Counted from the stretch's first letter, positions 28,383-38,451 are shown. The stretch is DNA of 64,000 nt from Terriglobia bacterium (GCA_963664115.2 CAXWPJ010000001.1:32001-96000); one strand, 5' to 3'. Numbers and translations: made by a program. Notes: generated from the letters alone by a model not told the origin.

Positions 28383-29111
28383 CTATGACCCACCCTGCTT
28401 TGTGCCCCAGTGCAGCGCTGCGACGCCGCCCGTAAGGTTCCGGTATTGGACTCTTTCGAAACCGACGGACGTGATTATGGCGGCGAGCTCACTTTGGGAT
28501 GGAAAGCGGCCGACGGAATCGGGTAGGTACTGGTAGGGCCCCTCGGCTCCAGATATCCAGGCGCCAAGACGGGGCAGGATGTGGCTGAAGTAGAACGCGA
28601 ATACTGATCGAAACACCGGCAACACCGGTCGCGAGAATTCCAGTATGACGCAGCTCCCTCCGGGTTCAAGGACGCGATGCATTTCCTTGAGTCCCTGCTC
28701 GATGACCTCCACATTACGCAGACCGAATGCGATGGTTACGAAACGGAAGGTGCCCTCACGAAACGGAAGCGCCATCGCATCCGCATCGCTGAGTTTGCTG
28801 GTCGACTGGTTCGGGCCCGATCCGAGCTTTTCCTGTGCGTGGAGCAGCATCGGATGACAGAAGTCCGCCCCTACGACCTGGAGGCCAAGCCGACGCTGGA
28901 GTTCAAGCATCAGATCGCCGGTGCCTGTGCAGAGGTCGAGGCACATGTCGTCCGGGGAGGGTTCCATCGAGCGTATCAGGCGGACCGTGCGCCGCCGCCA
29001 GGATCGGTCGATCTGAAACGAAAGCAGCCGGTTCAGCAGATCGTAGCGACCGGCGATCGCTGCGAACATTCTCTGGACATCGGGCCCGGGTGGAGCCCGG
29101 TATGCGTTCAT
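28383..29111 (-). CDS. ubiE: Ubiquinone/menaquinone biosynthesis C-methyltransferase
   Basis: MFAAIAGRYDLLNRLLS, LDLCTGTGD, AFGLRNV, YLPDSV. Confidence 0.93.
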   Translation of the reverse strand: MNAYRAPPGPDVQRMFAAIAGRYDLLNRLLSFQIDRSWRRRTVRLIRSMEPSPDDMCLDLCTGTGDLMLELQRRLGLQVVGADFCHPMLLHAQEKLGSGPNQSTSKLSDADAMALPFREGTFRFVTIAFGLRNVEVIEQGLKEMHRVLEPGGSCVILEFSRPVLPVFRSVFAFYFSHILPRLGAWISGAEGPYQYLPDSVGRFPSQSELAAIITSVGFERVQYRNLTGGVAALHWGTKQGGS

Positions 29112-30172
29112 TGGGACACGCTCCGGATAACTGTAGCGACGAGCTTCGGAGAGATACCCGCCTCTACGTCCACCTTGCCGACCCGGCGCGGCAGTACGAA
29201 ATGAATGCTTCCGTCACGAATTTTCTTGTCATGTCGCATCGACTTCATCATTTCCTTCACGGGCAGATCCGCGATTGAAGGCAAGGTGCCGATCGACTGG
29301 ATCGCCGTGACTATCCTGGACGCTTCGTTCCCGCTGATGCGTCGCAGCTGTTGGGCAATCCTCGTCGCTGCGATCATGCCGTGCCCGACAGCCTCGCCGT
29401 GCTTGATTCCGCGGTAGTGTGATGCGGCTTCGATTGCATGACCCAGCGTGTGTCCAAAGTTTAAAATTCGGCGCAACCCGTTTTCTTTTTCATCGATCCC
29501 TACGACATCGGCTTTGATTCGCAGGCACCGGTAGACCAGGTCCTCCAGAACCCGCGGTTCTTTCCGAAGGATTGCCGGAAGGCGGCGTTCGAAGTGATCA
29601 AAAAGATTCCGGTCGCGGATCACACCGTACTTGAGAGCTTCCCAGAGACCGCTCCGATAATCCCGTTCCGGGAGTGAAGCGAGCAGCCCCGGATCGGCGA
29701 TGACCAAGGGTGGCTGATGGAAGCACCCGATGAGGTTCTTGCCTGCTGCATGGTTGACGCCTGTCTTTCCTCCCACGCTGGAATCGACCTGGGCCAGAAG
29801 GGTCGTGGGTACCTGGACAACCGCGATACCTCTCAAGTAGATGGAAGCCGCAAATCCTGCGACGTCACCCACGACTCCTCCGCCGAGCGCTATAACAGTG
29901 GATTGCCGGGTCAAGCCCAGTTCGAGCATGGCATCGATCAAGCGGCTTACCGTTCGGAGTGTCTTGGCACGTTCCCCATCAGAAATCGTCACAATCGGGT
30001 TTCGACCCAATGGCCGCTTTCCGACGTGGCTGAGCACCTTCTTCTGGGATACAACCATGAAGGGCGGCCCGAGGCCAGCGTCCGCGAGGTGCTCCATTAT
30101 GTTCTCGTATGCACCGGTGCTCACAAGAATCCGGGACTGTGATGCTTTAAGCTTCAAAGTTATTTTCTTCAT
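29108..30172 (-). CDS. aroB: 3-dehydroquinate synthase
   Basis: GGGVVGD, PTTLLAQVDSSVGGKTG, LNFGHTLGHA, HGEAV. Confidence 0.95.
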   Translation of the reverse strand: MKKITLKLKASQSRILVSTGAYENIMEHLADAGLGPPFMVVSQKKVLSHVGKRPLGRNPIVTISDGERAKTLRTVSRLIDAMLELGLTRQSTVIALGGGVVGDVAGFAASIYLRGIAVVQVPTTLLAQVDSSVGGKTGVNHAAGKNLIGCFHQPPLVIADPGLLASLPERDYRSGLWEALKYGVIRDRNLFDHFERRLPAILRKEPRVLEDLVYRCLRIKADVVGIDEKENGLRRILNFGHTLGHAIEAASHYRGIKHGEAVGHGMIAATRIAQQLRRISGNEASRIVTAIQSIGTLPSIADLPVKEMMKSMRHDKKIRDGSIHFVLPRRVGKVDVEAGISPKLVATVIRSVSQ

Positions 30173-30182
30173 CACATAAACG

Positions 30183-30211
30183 AAACGGGCGGCCTATTGG
30201 GCCGCCCGTTT
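30183..30211 (-). terminator. Probable intrinsic terminator after ctpA
   Basis: Perfect 12-bp stem aaacgggcggcc-tattg-ggccgcccgttt, about 30 bp after the ctpA stop; only a short T run follows. Confidence 0.65.
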
Positions 30212-30239
30212 ATAGACAAAAAGGTCCGGAACTGATCGA

Positions 30240-31832
30240 TTACCTGCGTTGAGCTATTTCACCGCGTGCTCTTGCGGCCAGATTTCCGGCCTCAGGTAAG
30301 AGTTCCAATGCGGCCAGGATTTGCTCATCTCCCTCCAGGAGAACCCGGGTGGCCTCCGCCACTCCAAAACGGCTGTAGAAGATTTCGTATTTGATCTTCA
30401 GCGCAACGTAGTCTTGATTTTCGGCGACAGCAGCGTCGGTGATCTCAATATCTCTTTCCCGGATGTGTGCGATGAAGTCGGCTATCATTTCATCGGACAC
30501 CTCGAAGGACAGATCGACGACGGGGTTGTCTTGAAGGAAATCCTGGGCATAGGTATAGAAGACGAAACGTTTGTCCATCACATCCTGGGACTCGTTTAAC
30601 TCGCCCATCGAAACCAGTTCATCGGGAGTGATGCCGCCCCCGCCATACACAATCCGTCCCAGGTCCGAGTACTTGATGTCGTCTTCGGAGGGAGCGGGTG
30701 GTGTGCCGCGCTGGTTGTAGTAGTCGAATTCGGAAATCGTCGAGTAGTCCCGTTGAATCAAACGCCCGCTGGGCGTATACCACTTTTGTGTCGTCAGTGC
30801 GAGGCCGGCTCGTTTGTTCAGTGGAAAGACGGACTGCACCAATCCTTTGCCAAAACTTGTTTCACCGACAATGAGGCCTCTGTCGTGATCTTGAATCGCC
30901 CCGGCTACTATTTCCGATGCACTGGCACTTTGGTGGTTGATGACGACTACGAGCGGGTACAGGTTGTCGTCGTTGTCACGCTTAGACGCGTAGGGACGAT
31001 TGGATCCGCTCGTCCGTCCTCGAGTTTCGACGATAGTTTGATCTTTCTGGAGAAACGTTTCCGAAACATCAATGGCCTGTTGCAGGAGCCCACCCGGATT
31101 CCCGCGAAGGTCAAAAATGAGCCCATTGAGGTCGGCGTCGCGCAGGTCTCTGAGCGCCGCTCGGAGCTCGCTGCCGGTGGACTCTGCAAAGCTTTCGAGT
31201 TTGATGTAGCCGATACCGTCGCGAATGTGAAACGCGCTACTGATCGTAAACCTGGCGATTTCGTCGCGGACAATCGTGATTTCCAGGGGTTCGTCCACGC
31301 CCGGTCTCGCGATCGTCACGTCCACGGGTGTTCCCCGGGGTCCCTTCAATTTGCCAACAACTGAATTCAGATCAGACCCTTCGGTGGCCTCTCCATTCAC
31401 ATGGCTGATCACATCACCGACCCGCAAGCCGACCTTTTCAGCGGGTGCGCCGGGGAATGGCGGCGAAACGACCGTGACCTTGCCGAAGCGGCTGCTCACA
31501 GTGATTCCCAGACCAAAGTAACGTCCCTGCTGATCTTCTCTGAGCCGTGTAAAATCGTCAGGCGTAAAGAACTTCGAATGCGGATCCAGCGTCCGCAGCA
31601 TGCCGTCGATTGCCCCGTAGACGGCGGTCTCCGGGTTTACCTCCGTCGCGTGATTCTCTTCAACCAGGCTCAGCAAGGTTGTAAATGTCTTGAGAGCGTC
31701 ATCCAGTTCTTCCTCGACTTCTTCAACTCTCACCCGGGCTTCGAGTTGCGTACCGTAAAGACTTCCGAACAGCGCAATGGCACATAGAATGGCGGTCCAG
31801 AAAAGTATTGTCCGGGATGATCGTAGCTTCAT
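30240..31832 (-). CDS. ctpA: S41 carboxyl-terminal processing protease
   Basis: LDPHS, PDZ domain, DLRGNPGG, SASASEIVAG, FGKGLVQ, YTPSGR. Confidence 0.93.
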   Translation of the reverse strand: MKLRSSRTILFWTAILCAIALFGSLYGTQLEARVRVEEVEEELDDALKTFTTLLSLVEENHATEVNPETAVYGAIDGMLRTLDPHSKFFTPDDFTRLREDQQGRYFGLGITVSSRFGKVTVVSPPFPGAPAEKVGLRVGDVISHVNGEATEGSDLNSVVGKLKGPRGTPVDVTIARPGVDEPLEITIVRDEIARFTISSAFHIRDGIGYIKLESFAESTGSELRAALRDLRDADLNGLIFDLRGNPGGLLQQAIDVSETFLQKDQTIVETRGRTSGSNRPYASKRDNDDNLYPLVVVINHQSASASEIVAGAIQDHDRGLIVGETSFGKGLVQSVFPLNKRAGLALTTQKWYTPSGRLIQRDYSTISEFDYYNQRGTPPAPSEDDIKYSDLGRIVYGGGGITPDELVSMGELNESQDVMDKRFVFYTYAQDFLQDNPVVDLSFEVSDEMIADFIAHIRERDIEITDAAVAENQDYVALKIKYEIFYSRFGVAEATRVLLEGDEQILAALELLPEAGNLAARARGEIAQRR

Positions 31833-31956
31833 GTGAACCCCTTTCGAAACGAGTGTGTCGATTATAACAAAAGGACTCGGACAAATTCGAGGAACAAATC
31901 CTTTGTTTTGTGAGGATCACGGAATGCGATCCCCCGTTTGTTGAAGGAACTTTAAT

Positions 31957-31986
31957 TTGACGCCATTTCACGCCTGCCGCTATGAT
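31957..31986 (+). promoter_or_regulatory. Sigma70-type promoter for tatA-tatC
   Basis: TTGACG-18 bp-TATGAT, followed by GGAGG RBS and ATG 32017. Confidence 0.55.
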
Positions 31987-32016
31987 GAATTGAACTTTTG
32001 TCTGGAGGAATGTTTT

Positions 32017-32370
32017 ATGGGCCAACTTGGTTTTCAGGAGCTCCTTGTAATCTTCATCATCGCGCTCCTGGTATTCGGTCCGAAAAAGTTGCCCGAACTC
32101 GGAAAGTCCTTGGGCAAGGGGCTCCGTGAATTCAAGCGTGCCACCAACGAGTTGAAAGCAACATGGGATGACAATTTGAAGGACGCCGAGAACGAAATCT
32201 CCAGTACAGCCAAGGATTTTCGGGATATCCAGAAGGATGTCAACGCGACCATGAACGAAGCGTCAGAAGTTGATCAGGCTGTAGATAATTCCTCGACACC
32301 GCCACCATCATCCGGACCGCCCGAGGCGGGGCCGGCTCCATCGGAGACTCCCTCGCAGAAGCCCTCATAG
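32017..32370 (+). CDS. tatA: Twin-arginine translocase subunit TatA/TatB
   Basis: MGQLGFQELLVIFIIALLVFGPKKLPELGKSLGKGLREFK; directly upstream of tatC. Confidence 0.88.
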   Translation: MGQLGFQELLVIFIIALLVFGPKKLPELGKSLGKGLREFKRATNELKATWDDNLKDAENEISSTAKDFRDIQKDVNATMNEASEVDQAVDNSSTPPPSSGPPEAGPAPSETPSQKPS

Positions 32371-33129
32371 ATGTCCGTATCGCCGCCAGTAGAAGCCCAG
32401 AGATCGATACTTTCTGGAGAAATGTCGTTTCTCGACCATCTGGAGGAGTTGCGGCAGCGTATTTTTAGAATTCTGATCGCGATTGCGGTCACATTCGTGG
32501 TGTGCTGGGCTTTTGTCGACCAGATTTATAGAGTCATTGCGTTTCCGATTCTCGATGCGCTCGGGGACCAGCCGCTCGTATTCATCAGTCCCACACAGCC
32601 ATTCAATCTATTTGTTAAGGTGTCCTTCGTAGCGGCTCTTTTCCTGGCGTCGCCGTTCATTCTGGCGCAACTCTGGCTCTTCATTGCGCCGGGCATGTAT
32701 CGGCACGAGCGTCGCTGGGCGATCCCGTTTGTACTTTCGGGAAGCCTCCTGGCCATGACCGGTGCCCTGTTTGGCTATTTTATCGCCTTTCCTTTCGCCC
32801 TGGATTTCCTGATCAATTGGGGTGAGCGCGCCGGATTGCAGGCGATGATCGATGCGACCCTCTATTTCGACCTGTTTCTCACCATCGAACTCGGCCTGGC
32901 TGTCATCTTTCAAATACCTCCCGTGATTTTCGTTTTGAGCCGCCTCGGAGTGGTTTCGGCCGGTTTCCTCTTACGGAATACGAAATATGCCGTGCTGATC
33001 GCTTTCGTTATCGCAGCCATCATCACGCCCACGGCAGACATTCCAAACATGATGATCATGGCGGGCCCCATGATCCTGCTCTATCTCGTCGGCGTCGTCG
33101 TTGCTTTCGTCTTCGGGAAACGCACTTAG
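32371..33129 (+). CDS. tatC: Twin-arginine translocase subunit TatC
   Basis: MSFLDHLEELR, FIAPG, FQIP, AIITPTAD. Confidence 0.95.
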   Translation: MSVSPPVEAQRSILSGEMSFLDHLEELRQRIFRILIAIAVTFVVCWAFVDQIYRVIAFPILDALGDQPLVFISPTQPFNLFVKVSFVAALFLASPFILAQLWLFIAPGMYRHERRWAIPFVLSGSLLAMTGALFGYFIAFPFALDFLINWGERAGLQAMIDATLYFDLFLTIELGLAVIFQIPPVIFVLSRLGVVSAGFLLRNTKYAVLIAFVIAAIITPTADIPNMMIMAGPMILLYLVGVVVAFVFGKRT

Positions 33130-33213
33130 ACAATCGATCAGGACCTTCAGCGGTAAGCTAACCGTTCCGAAAACACTGAATTCCTGGCTGAAGTGGGCTA
33201 CTGAGGGTCGCGC

Positions 33214-34143
33214 TCAGGGCAGGGATTGCGCGTCGATGTCGGGAAGTGCGTGGTAGAGAACGTCTCCGATGACTTTAAGGCTATCCGCGCTGGTCTTGTC
33301 CAGAGTGTCACCGGGTGAATGCCAGTAAGGGTAGTCGAAGTCGATCAAATTGATAGCGTCGATACCGGCTCTCAGGTAGGGGACGTGATCGTCCTCGATG
33401 AAAGACGGCGTGTTCCCAAAGTGCTCGCCGTACCCGAGGCGATCGGCGGTTTCCCAGATGAGCGTCTTCAACCAGTCACTTGAAGCCGCCTCCTCGAGGA
33501 CGGTCAAATCCCTGTCGCCAATCATGTCGACAAGTATGAGAGCCTTCAGGTCTTCGAGCGCCCCTGCTTCGAAGCGGCGCGCGATATCGTAACGACTGCC
33601 GTATAAGCTGTCGGTCGCGGTCCAGTCCAGAACCGCTTCCTCACCGTCGAAGAATATGAATTCGAGATCGTGTTCCAGTTCCAGGTCCGCCGTGATTCGG
33701 GCCAGCTCCAGGACCACCGCCGTGCTGGACCCACCGTCGTTTGCTCCCAAAAAGCTGAAATCAAACCGCTTCGTGTCGTAATGACCTGCAACGGCAATCG
33801 CTCCGTCACCCGATGTCCCGTCCCGGATGGCCCTGATGTTAGCCATCTCGATCTCCCCGATCGGTGTCCGGGCAACAAACACGTCCAGTTGAGGGTCGAG
33901 CCCGGCACTCGCCAGCTCCGAGACGATATAGTCCCGGGTCCGCGCCAGGTTTTCACTGCCGGATGGCCGGGCTCCAAAAGCGACGACCGTTTCCAGATCC
34001 CTGAACGACCGCTCCGCGTCGAATGGAGACTCGATCGATGCCCCCGCACCCGTGCCGGGTCCCGCTTCCTGAAATCCGAGCGTGAGGACGACGACGACGG
34101 CCGGAGCGGCGAATCCCAGCAACATACGTTTGTTCTTCGACAT
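33214..34143 (-). CDS. M28 family peptidase / glutaminyl cyclase-like protein
   Basis: GHYDTK, GANDGGSS, DGEE, DMIGD, EDDH, WH; N-terminal signal or anchor. Confidence 0.88.
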   Translation of the reverse strand: MSKNKRMLLGFAAPAVVVVLTLGFQEAGPGTGAGASIESPFDAERSFRDLETVVAFGARPSGSENLARTRDYIVSELASAGLDPQLDVFVARTPIGEIEMANIRAIRDGTSGDGAIAVAGHYDTKRFDFSFLGANDGGSSTAVVLELARITADLELEHDLEFIFFDGEEAVLDWTATDSLYGSRYDIARRFEAGALEDLKALILVDMIGDRDLTVLEEAASSDWLKTLIWETADRLGYGEHFGNTPSFIEDDHVPYLRAGIDAINLIDFDYPYWHSPGDTLDKTSADSLKVIGDVLYHALPDIDAQSLP

Positions 34144-34255
34144 GAGACCTCTCAAACTCATGGAACACAATAACCCGTTTCCAGAGGGATGTCATGGTCC
34201 GGATGATACGATTAGAGGTAACAGCGACGATCTAAACAACGTTGTGAGGTGCAAC

Positions 34256-34603
34256 ATGTCCGGGAATAAAGCTGAGACTGTCGGATTATTCATTACGGGA
34301 GCTCTCCTTGGGCTCACTGTCGGATTTCTCTACGCTCCCCAGAGCGGCTCGCGAACCCGTAAGCAGATTCGGAAACAGGCACGACGCAGCATCGAACACC
34401 TGGATGAGATGCAGGACGACATCCGCTCGCAGGTCAACAGTTGGGTGCAGGACGTCGCCGACGCCGTCGACGAGGGATTCCATCAGGGCCGTCGGATTAC
34501 GCTGGCGGGACAGGAAAGAGTCCTGGGTGTCTTCGACGATGCAAAGCAGTACGTTGATGAAGGCCGCACGCGCGTTGAGCGGCTCATCGGGACTGAGCAA
34601 TAG
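34256..34603 (+). CDS. YtxH-domain protein
   Basis: FITGALLGLTVGFLYAPQSGSRTRKQI; ATG 34256 after GAGG. Confidence 0.85.
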   Translation: MSGNKAETVGLFITGALLGLTVGFLYAPQSGSRTRKQIRKQARRSIEHLDEMQDDIRSQVNSWVQDVADAVDEGFHQGRRITLAGQERVLGVFDDAKQYVDEGRTRVERLIGTEQ

Positions 34604-34673
34604 TTCGCCGAGACCGAAGACAGGACGCCCCGGAGTCCGGAAGTGATGCAGCGGGGCCGGGTGCGCTAAGAAG

Positions 34674-34746
34674 TGGACGGTAAGGGGATCGAACCCTCGA
34701 CCTCGGCATTGCGAACGCCGCGCTCTCCCAACTGAGCTAACCGCCC
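34674..34746 (-). tRNA. tRNA-Ala(CGC)
   Basis: GGGCGGTTAGCTCAGTTGGGAGAGCGCGGCGTTCGCAATGCCGAGGTCGAGGGTTCGATCCCCTTACCGTCCA. Cloverleaf, anticodon CGC, G3:U70 Ala identity pair; CCA not encoded. Confidence 0.95.
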
Positions 34747-34908
34747 GTCCGGACCTCAGGGGCAGATCCCTGGAAAAATTAAAGCACCTGCATGAACAAC
34801 TGTCAATTTAAGGGCCGGATACATACTAATACTAATAACACGGCCGTTCTGAACTGCCCATCCTTTAGAAAACCAAACTCCGCTCCTGTACCTACACGAA
34901 TCATTTTG

Positions 34909-35799
34909 ATGCTTGTGAATCCCCTGGCGTTGGCTCTGCTGCTGGCCGCACTGGTCGAGGCTCAGGAGCCCGAGTTCACGCTCAATGTCAACGTGGATCT
35001 GGTGGAACTCAGCGTCACGGTTCTTGACGCAAGCGACCGCCACGTGACCGGGCTGGAAGCCGTCAACTTCGAGATCTTCGAAGACTCGGTGCAGCAGGAT
35101 GTTTCCCTGTTCCTGCACGAGGACCGTCCTGTGAGTCTGGGTCTCGTCATCGACAACAGCCGCAGCATGGAACGCAAGAAGGCGCGTGTGGACATGGCCG
35201 CGGTGTCCTTTGTGCGCCTGAGCAATCCTCAGGACGAAGCTTTTCTTGTTCACTTTGACGACACCGTGCGCCTGGCGCAGGAGTTCACGTCCGACATCGG
35301 GGTTCTCGAAGAAACCCTGGAATCGATCAGTCCATACGGCCAGACCTCTATGTTTGACGCGTTGATGACAGCTCTGGAGAAAATCAAAGAAGGGCGATAT
35401 GACGAGAAAGCTATTCTCCTGGTGAGCGACGGGGCGGACAATTCCAGCACTGCGGTCTTTGAGCAGGTGTTGGAGAGCGTGCGTCAGTCTGAGGCCGCCG
35501 TCTATACCATCGGCGTCCTGAATGACTCCGCGGCAGGTCAGGAGGCGCGCATTGCCCTGGAGGCGCTCTCCGACGCAAGCGGAGGCCGGGCCTTCTTTCC
35601 TCAGACGGTCGACGAGATTCCGGCGCTGACTGAGAACATCGCCCGCGAGTTGCGCGAACTCTACACCCTGGGCTACGTTCCCACGAACGCGGGCCGCGAC
35701 GGCAGTTGGCGGTCGGTGCGCGTTTACGTTCCGATGCCTCCGGAATCACCGCGCTTAAAGATCAACTACCGGCACGGCTACTACGCTCCCGATCCCTAG
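34909..35799 (+). CDS. VWA-domain protein (acidobacterial VWFA-related)
   Basis: VNVDLVELSVTV, MIDAS-like DNSRSM, T, VSDGADNSS, SGGRAF, YTLGYVP, RHGYY. Confidence 0.88.
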   Translation: MLVNPLALALLLAALVEAQEPEFTLNVNVDLVELSVTVLDASDRHVTGLEAVNFEIFEDSVQQDVSLFLHEDRPVSLGLVIDNSRSMERKKARVDMAAVSFVRLSNPQDEAFLVHFDDTVRLAQEFTSDIGVLEETLESISPYGQTSMFDALMTALEKIKEGRYDEKAILLVSDGADNSSTAVFEQVLESVRQSEAAVYTIGVLNDSAAGQEARIALEALSDASGGRAFFPQTVDEIPALTENIARELRELYTLGYVPTNAGRDGSWRSVRVYVPMPPESPRLKINYRHGYYAPDP

Positions 35800-35817
35800 C
35801 GGGCTGCGACCATCATT

Positions 35818-36567
35818 TTATAATTCAGTCAGGATGAGTGGGCCATCGGGTGTCACGGCCACGGTGTGTTCGAAATGTGCGGAAGGCTGAGCGTCCAGGG
35901 TCACCACGGTCCAACCGTCATCCAGTATTTTTACTTTCTCGGTCCCGAGGTTGATCATCGGCTCCAGGGCAAGGACCAGACCGACCTTTATCTTGGGGCC
36001 CCGGCCGTTCTGGACGTAATTGAGGACGGGCGGATCTTCATGCAGCGCTCTGCCGATTCCATGTCCGCAGAATTCCCGGACGATCCCATAGTTGTGGGGT
36101 TCGACCGTTTGCTGAATCGCCGCTGAGATATCGGATAGGTAATTCCCGGCCCGTGTTTGTTCGATCCCGCGGTACAGCGATTCCCGGGTCACGCGCATCA
36201 GTTCAGTCACCTCCGGGGGGACGTCGCCGATCGGTACCGTCATTGCGTGGTCCCCGACGAAGCCGTCATAGGTGATTCCGAAGTCGATACCAATAATGTC
36301 ACCCGTCTTGAGAACGTTCTGTTTCGAAGGGATGCCGTGAACCACCTCGTGGTTGAGCGATGTGCACAGAGAGGCGGGAAAGCCGCGGTAGCCTTTGAAC
36401 GTCGGCGTTCCGTTCCTCTTGATCGTCTCTTCTTCCGCGATCCTGTCCAGGTCGTAGGTTGAAACACCATCGACACAGTTTTCACGGACGATCGCAAGGA
36501 TTTCGGCGTTGATTCGTGCCGGCACCTTCATCCGCTCGATCTCTTGGAGTGTCTTGAGTTGAATCAT
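35818..36567 (-). CDS. map: Methionine aminopeptidase type I
   Basis: VVHGIP, DFG...GDH, GHGIG..LHEDP, LEPM, SAHFEHT. Confidence 0.95.
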   Translation of the reverse strand: MIQLKTLQEIERMKVPARINAEILAIVRENCVDGVSTYDLDRIAEEETIKRNGTPTFKGYRGFPASLCTSLNHEVVHGIPSKQNVLKTGDIIGIDFGITYDGFVGDHAMTVPIGDVPPEVTELMRVTRESLYRGIEQTRAGNYLSDISAAIQQTVEPHNYGIVREFCGHGIGRALHEDPPVLNYVQNGRGPKIKVGLVLALEPMINLGTEKVKILDDGWTVVTLDAQPSAHFEHTVAVTPDGPLILTEL

Positions 36568-36620
36568 TTAAAACGTTGCCACGAGGCCATGTACCGGTTT
36601 GATTCTAACAAGAAATCAGA

Positions 36621-36790
36621 GAAATCGTTGAATCCGGTCTGGCCAAACCAGGAATGGAGATTCGCCATGAAGCTCTCGGCAAGATTGCCCTGCTTTCACA
36701 GGGACTGCCACACTATGCGCACTTGCTGAGAATTTATAGTGCGCGGATAGCAATCGAATCGACAATCAGTCACGTGTCGAGAGAATTTGA
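36621..36790 (+). pseudogene. Remnant of an AAA-type ATPase (lid region)
   Basis: In-frame EIVESGLAKPGMEIRHEALGKIALLSQGLPHYAHLLRIYSARIAI resembles the S.G.P.Y..LL segment of P-loop AAA ATPases. No Walker motifs present. Confidence 0.45.
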
Positions 36791-36916
36791 TGGGAGCCGC
36801 GCGAGGCCACCCACCCTCACGAACCAAGCTTTCGATGTCCGTCTGTGAACCCGAACATTCTTGGCGATATTTAGACCATTACGGACATATAAAGAAGCCG
36901 CGCCCCGTCGAGTTAA

Positions 36917-36945
36917 TTGACAAAACCGCAGGGTTTTGATATCTC
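36917..36945 (+). promoter_or_regulatory. Sigma70-type promoter with palindromic operator in the spacer
   Basis: TTGACA-17 bp-TATCTC with an extended -10 TG; CAAAACC-gcag-GGTTTTG palindrome at 36921-36938. Confidence 0.45.
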
Positions 36946-37003
36946 CCAATGACAAGGGCCGGTTGGACGCTTAAGGGGTTGCACTCAATCTGGAGGTAGC
37001 AGA

Positions 37004-37519
37004 ATGAAAGTCAAGGTATTCGTTTTTTTGGGGTTGACGGCAGGGTTGCTCATGATTTCGGGTTCGGTTTTGGCACACCACTCGAATGCGCCATCAGACA
37101 AGGACCGCCTGGTGACACTGACGGGAACGGTAACGAACTTCGCGTTCCGGAATCCGCATGTGGGCGTGTCTATTGACGTCACGGATGACCAAGGCAACGT
37201 TGTGAATTGGTTTGCCTCCGGCGGCTCTCCTAGAAACCTCGCCAGGGATGCCGGCTGGAACAACAAGACACTTACCAAGGGAGAACAGATCCTTGTTCAA
37301 GGCCACCCGAATCGAGACGGCAGGCCACTGCTCCTGTTCATGAGATATTATCGATGTAGTGGCGAAATGATCCCGGTAGATAACAATAAGACCCTTGCAG
37401 GAGCGTACTTAACACGCGTACAAATGGCACCCCTCGAAGCGACTCGCGTCCAGGCCGTTTGCGCTGGACGAGAGCAGATTCCCGATATTTTTGGCCCGCT
37501 AGCCGGGGACACAAACTAG
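37004..37519 (+). CDS. DUF6152-like secreted protein (copy 2)
   Basis: RBS GGAGG. Signal peptide ends SVLA, followed by HHSNA; TLTGTVTNFAFRNPH, W, GW, G..I.V.GHPNR; extra C-terminal Cys pair. Confidence 0.78.
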   Translation: MKVKVFVFLGLTAGLLMISGSVLAHHSNAPSDKDRLVTLTGTVTNFAFRNPHVGVSIDVTDDQGNVVNWFASGGSPRNLARDAGWNNKTLTKGEQILVQGHPNRDGRPLLLFMRYYRCSGEMIPVDNNKTLAGAYLTRVQMAPLEATRVQAVCAGREQIPDIFGPLAGDTN

Positions 37520-37599
37520 ACACGGGAACCTAACAGAGTCATCGCTGGGACGCACGAATGAAGCGCTGACGTTCGCAAGACGGAAGGAGAATTTTAAAA

Positions 37600-38451
37600 A
37601 TGAGGATGAGCTTTGCAGTTTTGACCTCGGCCGCGCTACTGGCCTTCGCGCCCGGCATCTTTGCGCAGACTGCACCGGACGCAAGTAGTGCAGGAATAAT
37701 GCGAACTGCGGATGGTCTGCCAGATTTTTCCGGATACTGGGTGCGCGGAGGCGGCGGAGGTGGCGGAGGCGGTGCAAGACAGCTGAGCGAGTTTCAGGGG
37801 GGTGACGCCCCCCGCGCCCCGACCCGAATCGAATTGGCCGAGGCGCTTCCTCTCACCCCTGAGGGGAGGAGATTAGTCGAACAATACACGTCAACCGATG
37901 GGGAATGGGCTGGAGAAACGGGCCTTTTCAATGATGCCGGCCATCACCGCGTCCCTTGCGGCCCGGCGAGCCCTGGAGACCTCGGCCCCCCGGTCGAGAT
38001 CGTTCAGAATCCGGCGCGCCTGCTCATGGTCTATACGGGAGGCGACACGAAATGGATCCGTCAGATCTGGATCGGGCGACAGCATCCCGAGGACCTCACG
38101 GACTACGAGACGGCTTGGATGGGTCATTCGGTTGGCCACTGGGAGGGAGACACCCTCGTGGTCGATACCGTCAGGGTGACTACAACACCCGGACTCATGG
38201 TGGATTTTAATACGGCCGCACCCCAGGGCCCTGACTTTCACCTGATTGAGCGTATGAGTTTGGCTCCCGACCAGCAATTGCACATCGAGAAAACGCTCGA
38301 AGACCCGGAAATGTATGTCCGCCCTTGGACGAAAAGCCAGGTTCTTCGGAAGGAGACGAACTGGGACGACGTTGCATTTGACTGGGAGATAGAAGAACAG
38401 CACCTCGTGTGCGAGGATGGCCGCTACCCATCGGACAACAACCCTTACTAA
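37600..38451 (+). CDS. Conserved secreted hypothetical protein, 'GHSxGxWEGDTLVVDT' family (copy 2)
   Basis: RBS AAGGAG. Signal peptide; PDFSGYW, C, WIRQIWIGRQHP, GHSVGHWEGDTLVVDT, LIER, EDP..Y..PWT, C. Confidence 0.78.
   Translation: MRMSFAVLTSAALLAFAPGIFAQTAPDASSAGIMRTADGLPDFSGYWVRGGGGGGGGGARQLSEFQGGDAPRAPTRIELAEALPLTPEGRRLVEQYTSTDGEWAGETGLFNDAGHHRVPCGPASPGDLGPPVEIVQNPARLLMVYTGGDTKWIRQIWIGRQHPEDLTDYETAWMGHSVGHWEGDTLVVDTVRVTTTPGLMVDFNTAAPQGPDFHLIERMSLAPDQQLHIEKTLEDPEMYVRPWTKSQVLRKETNWDDVAFDWEIEEQHLVCEDGRYPSDNNPY

Noticed and set aside
34674-34746. tRNA-Ala as an island attachment site
   Set aside because: No duplicated tRNA 3' end was seen and no integrase is adjacent.
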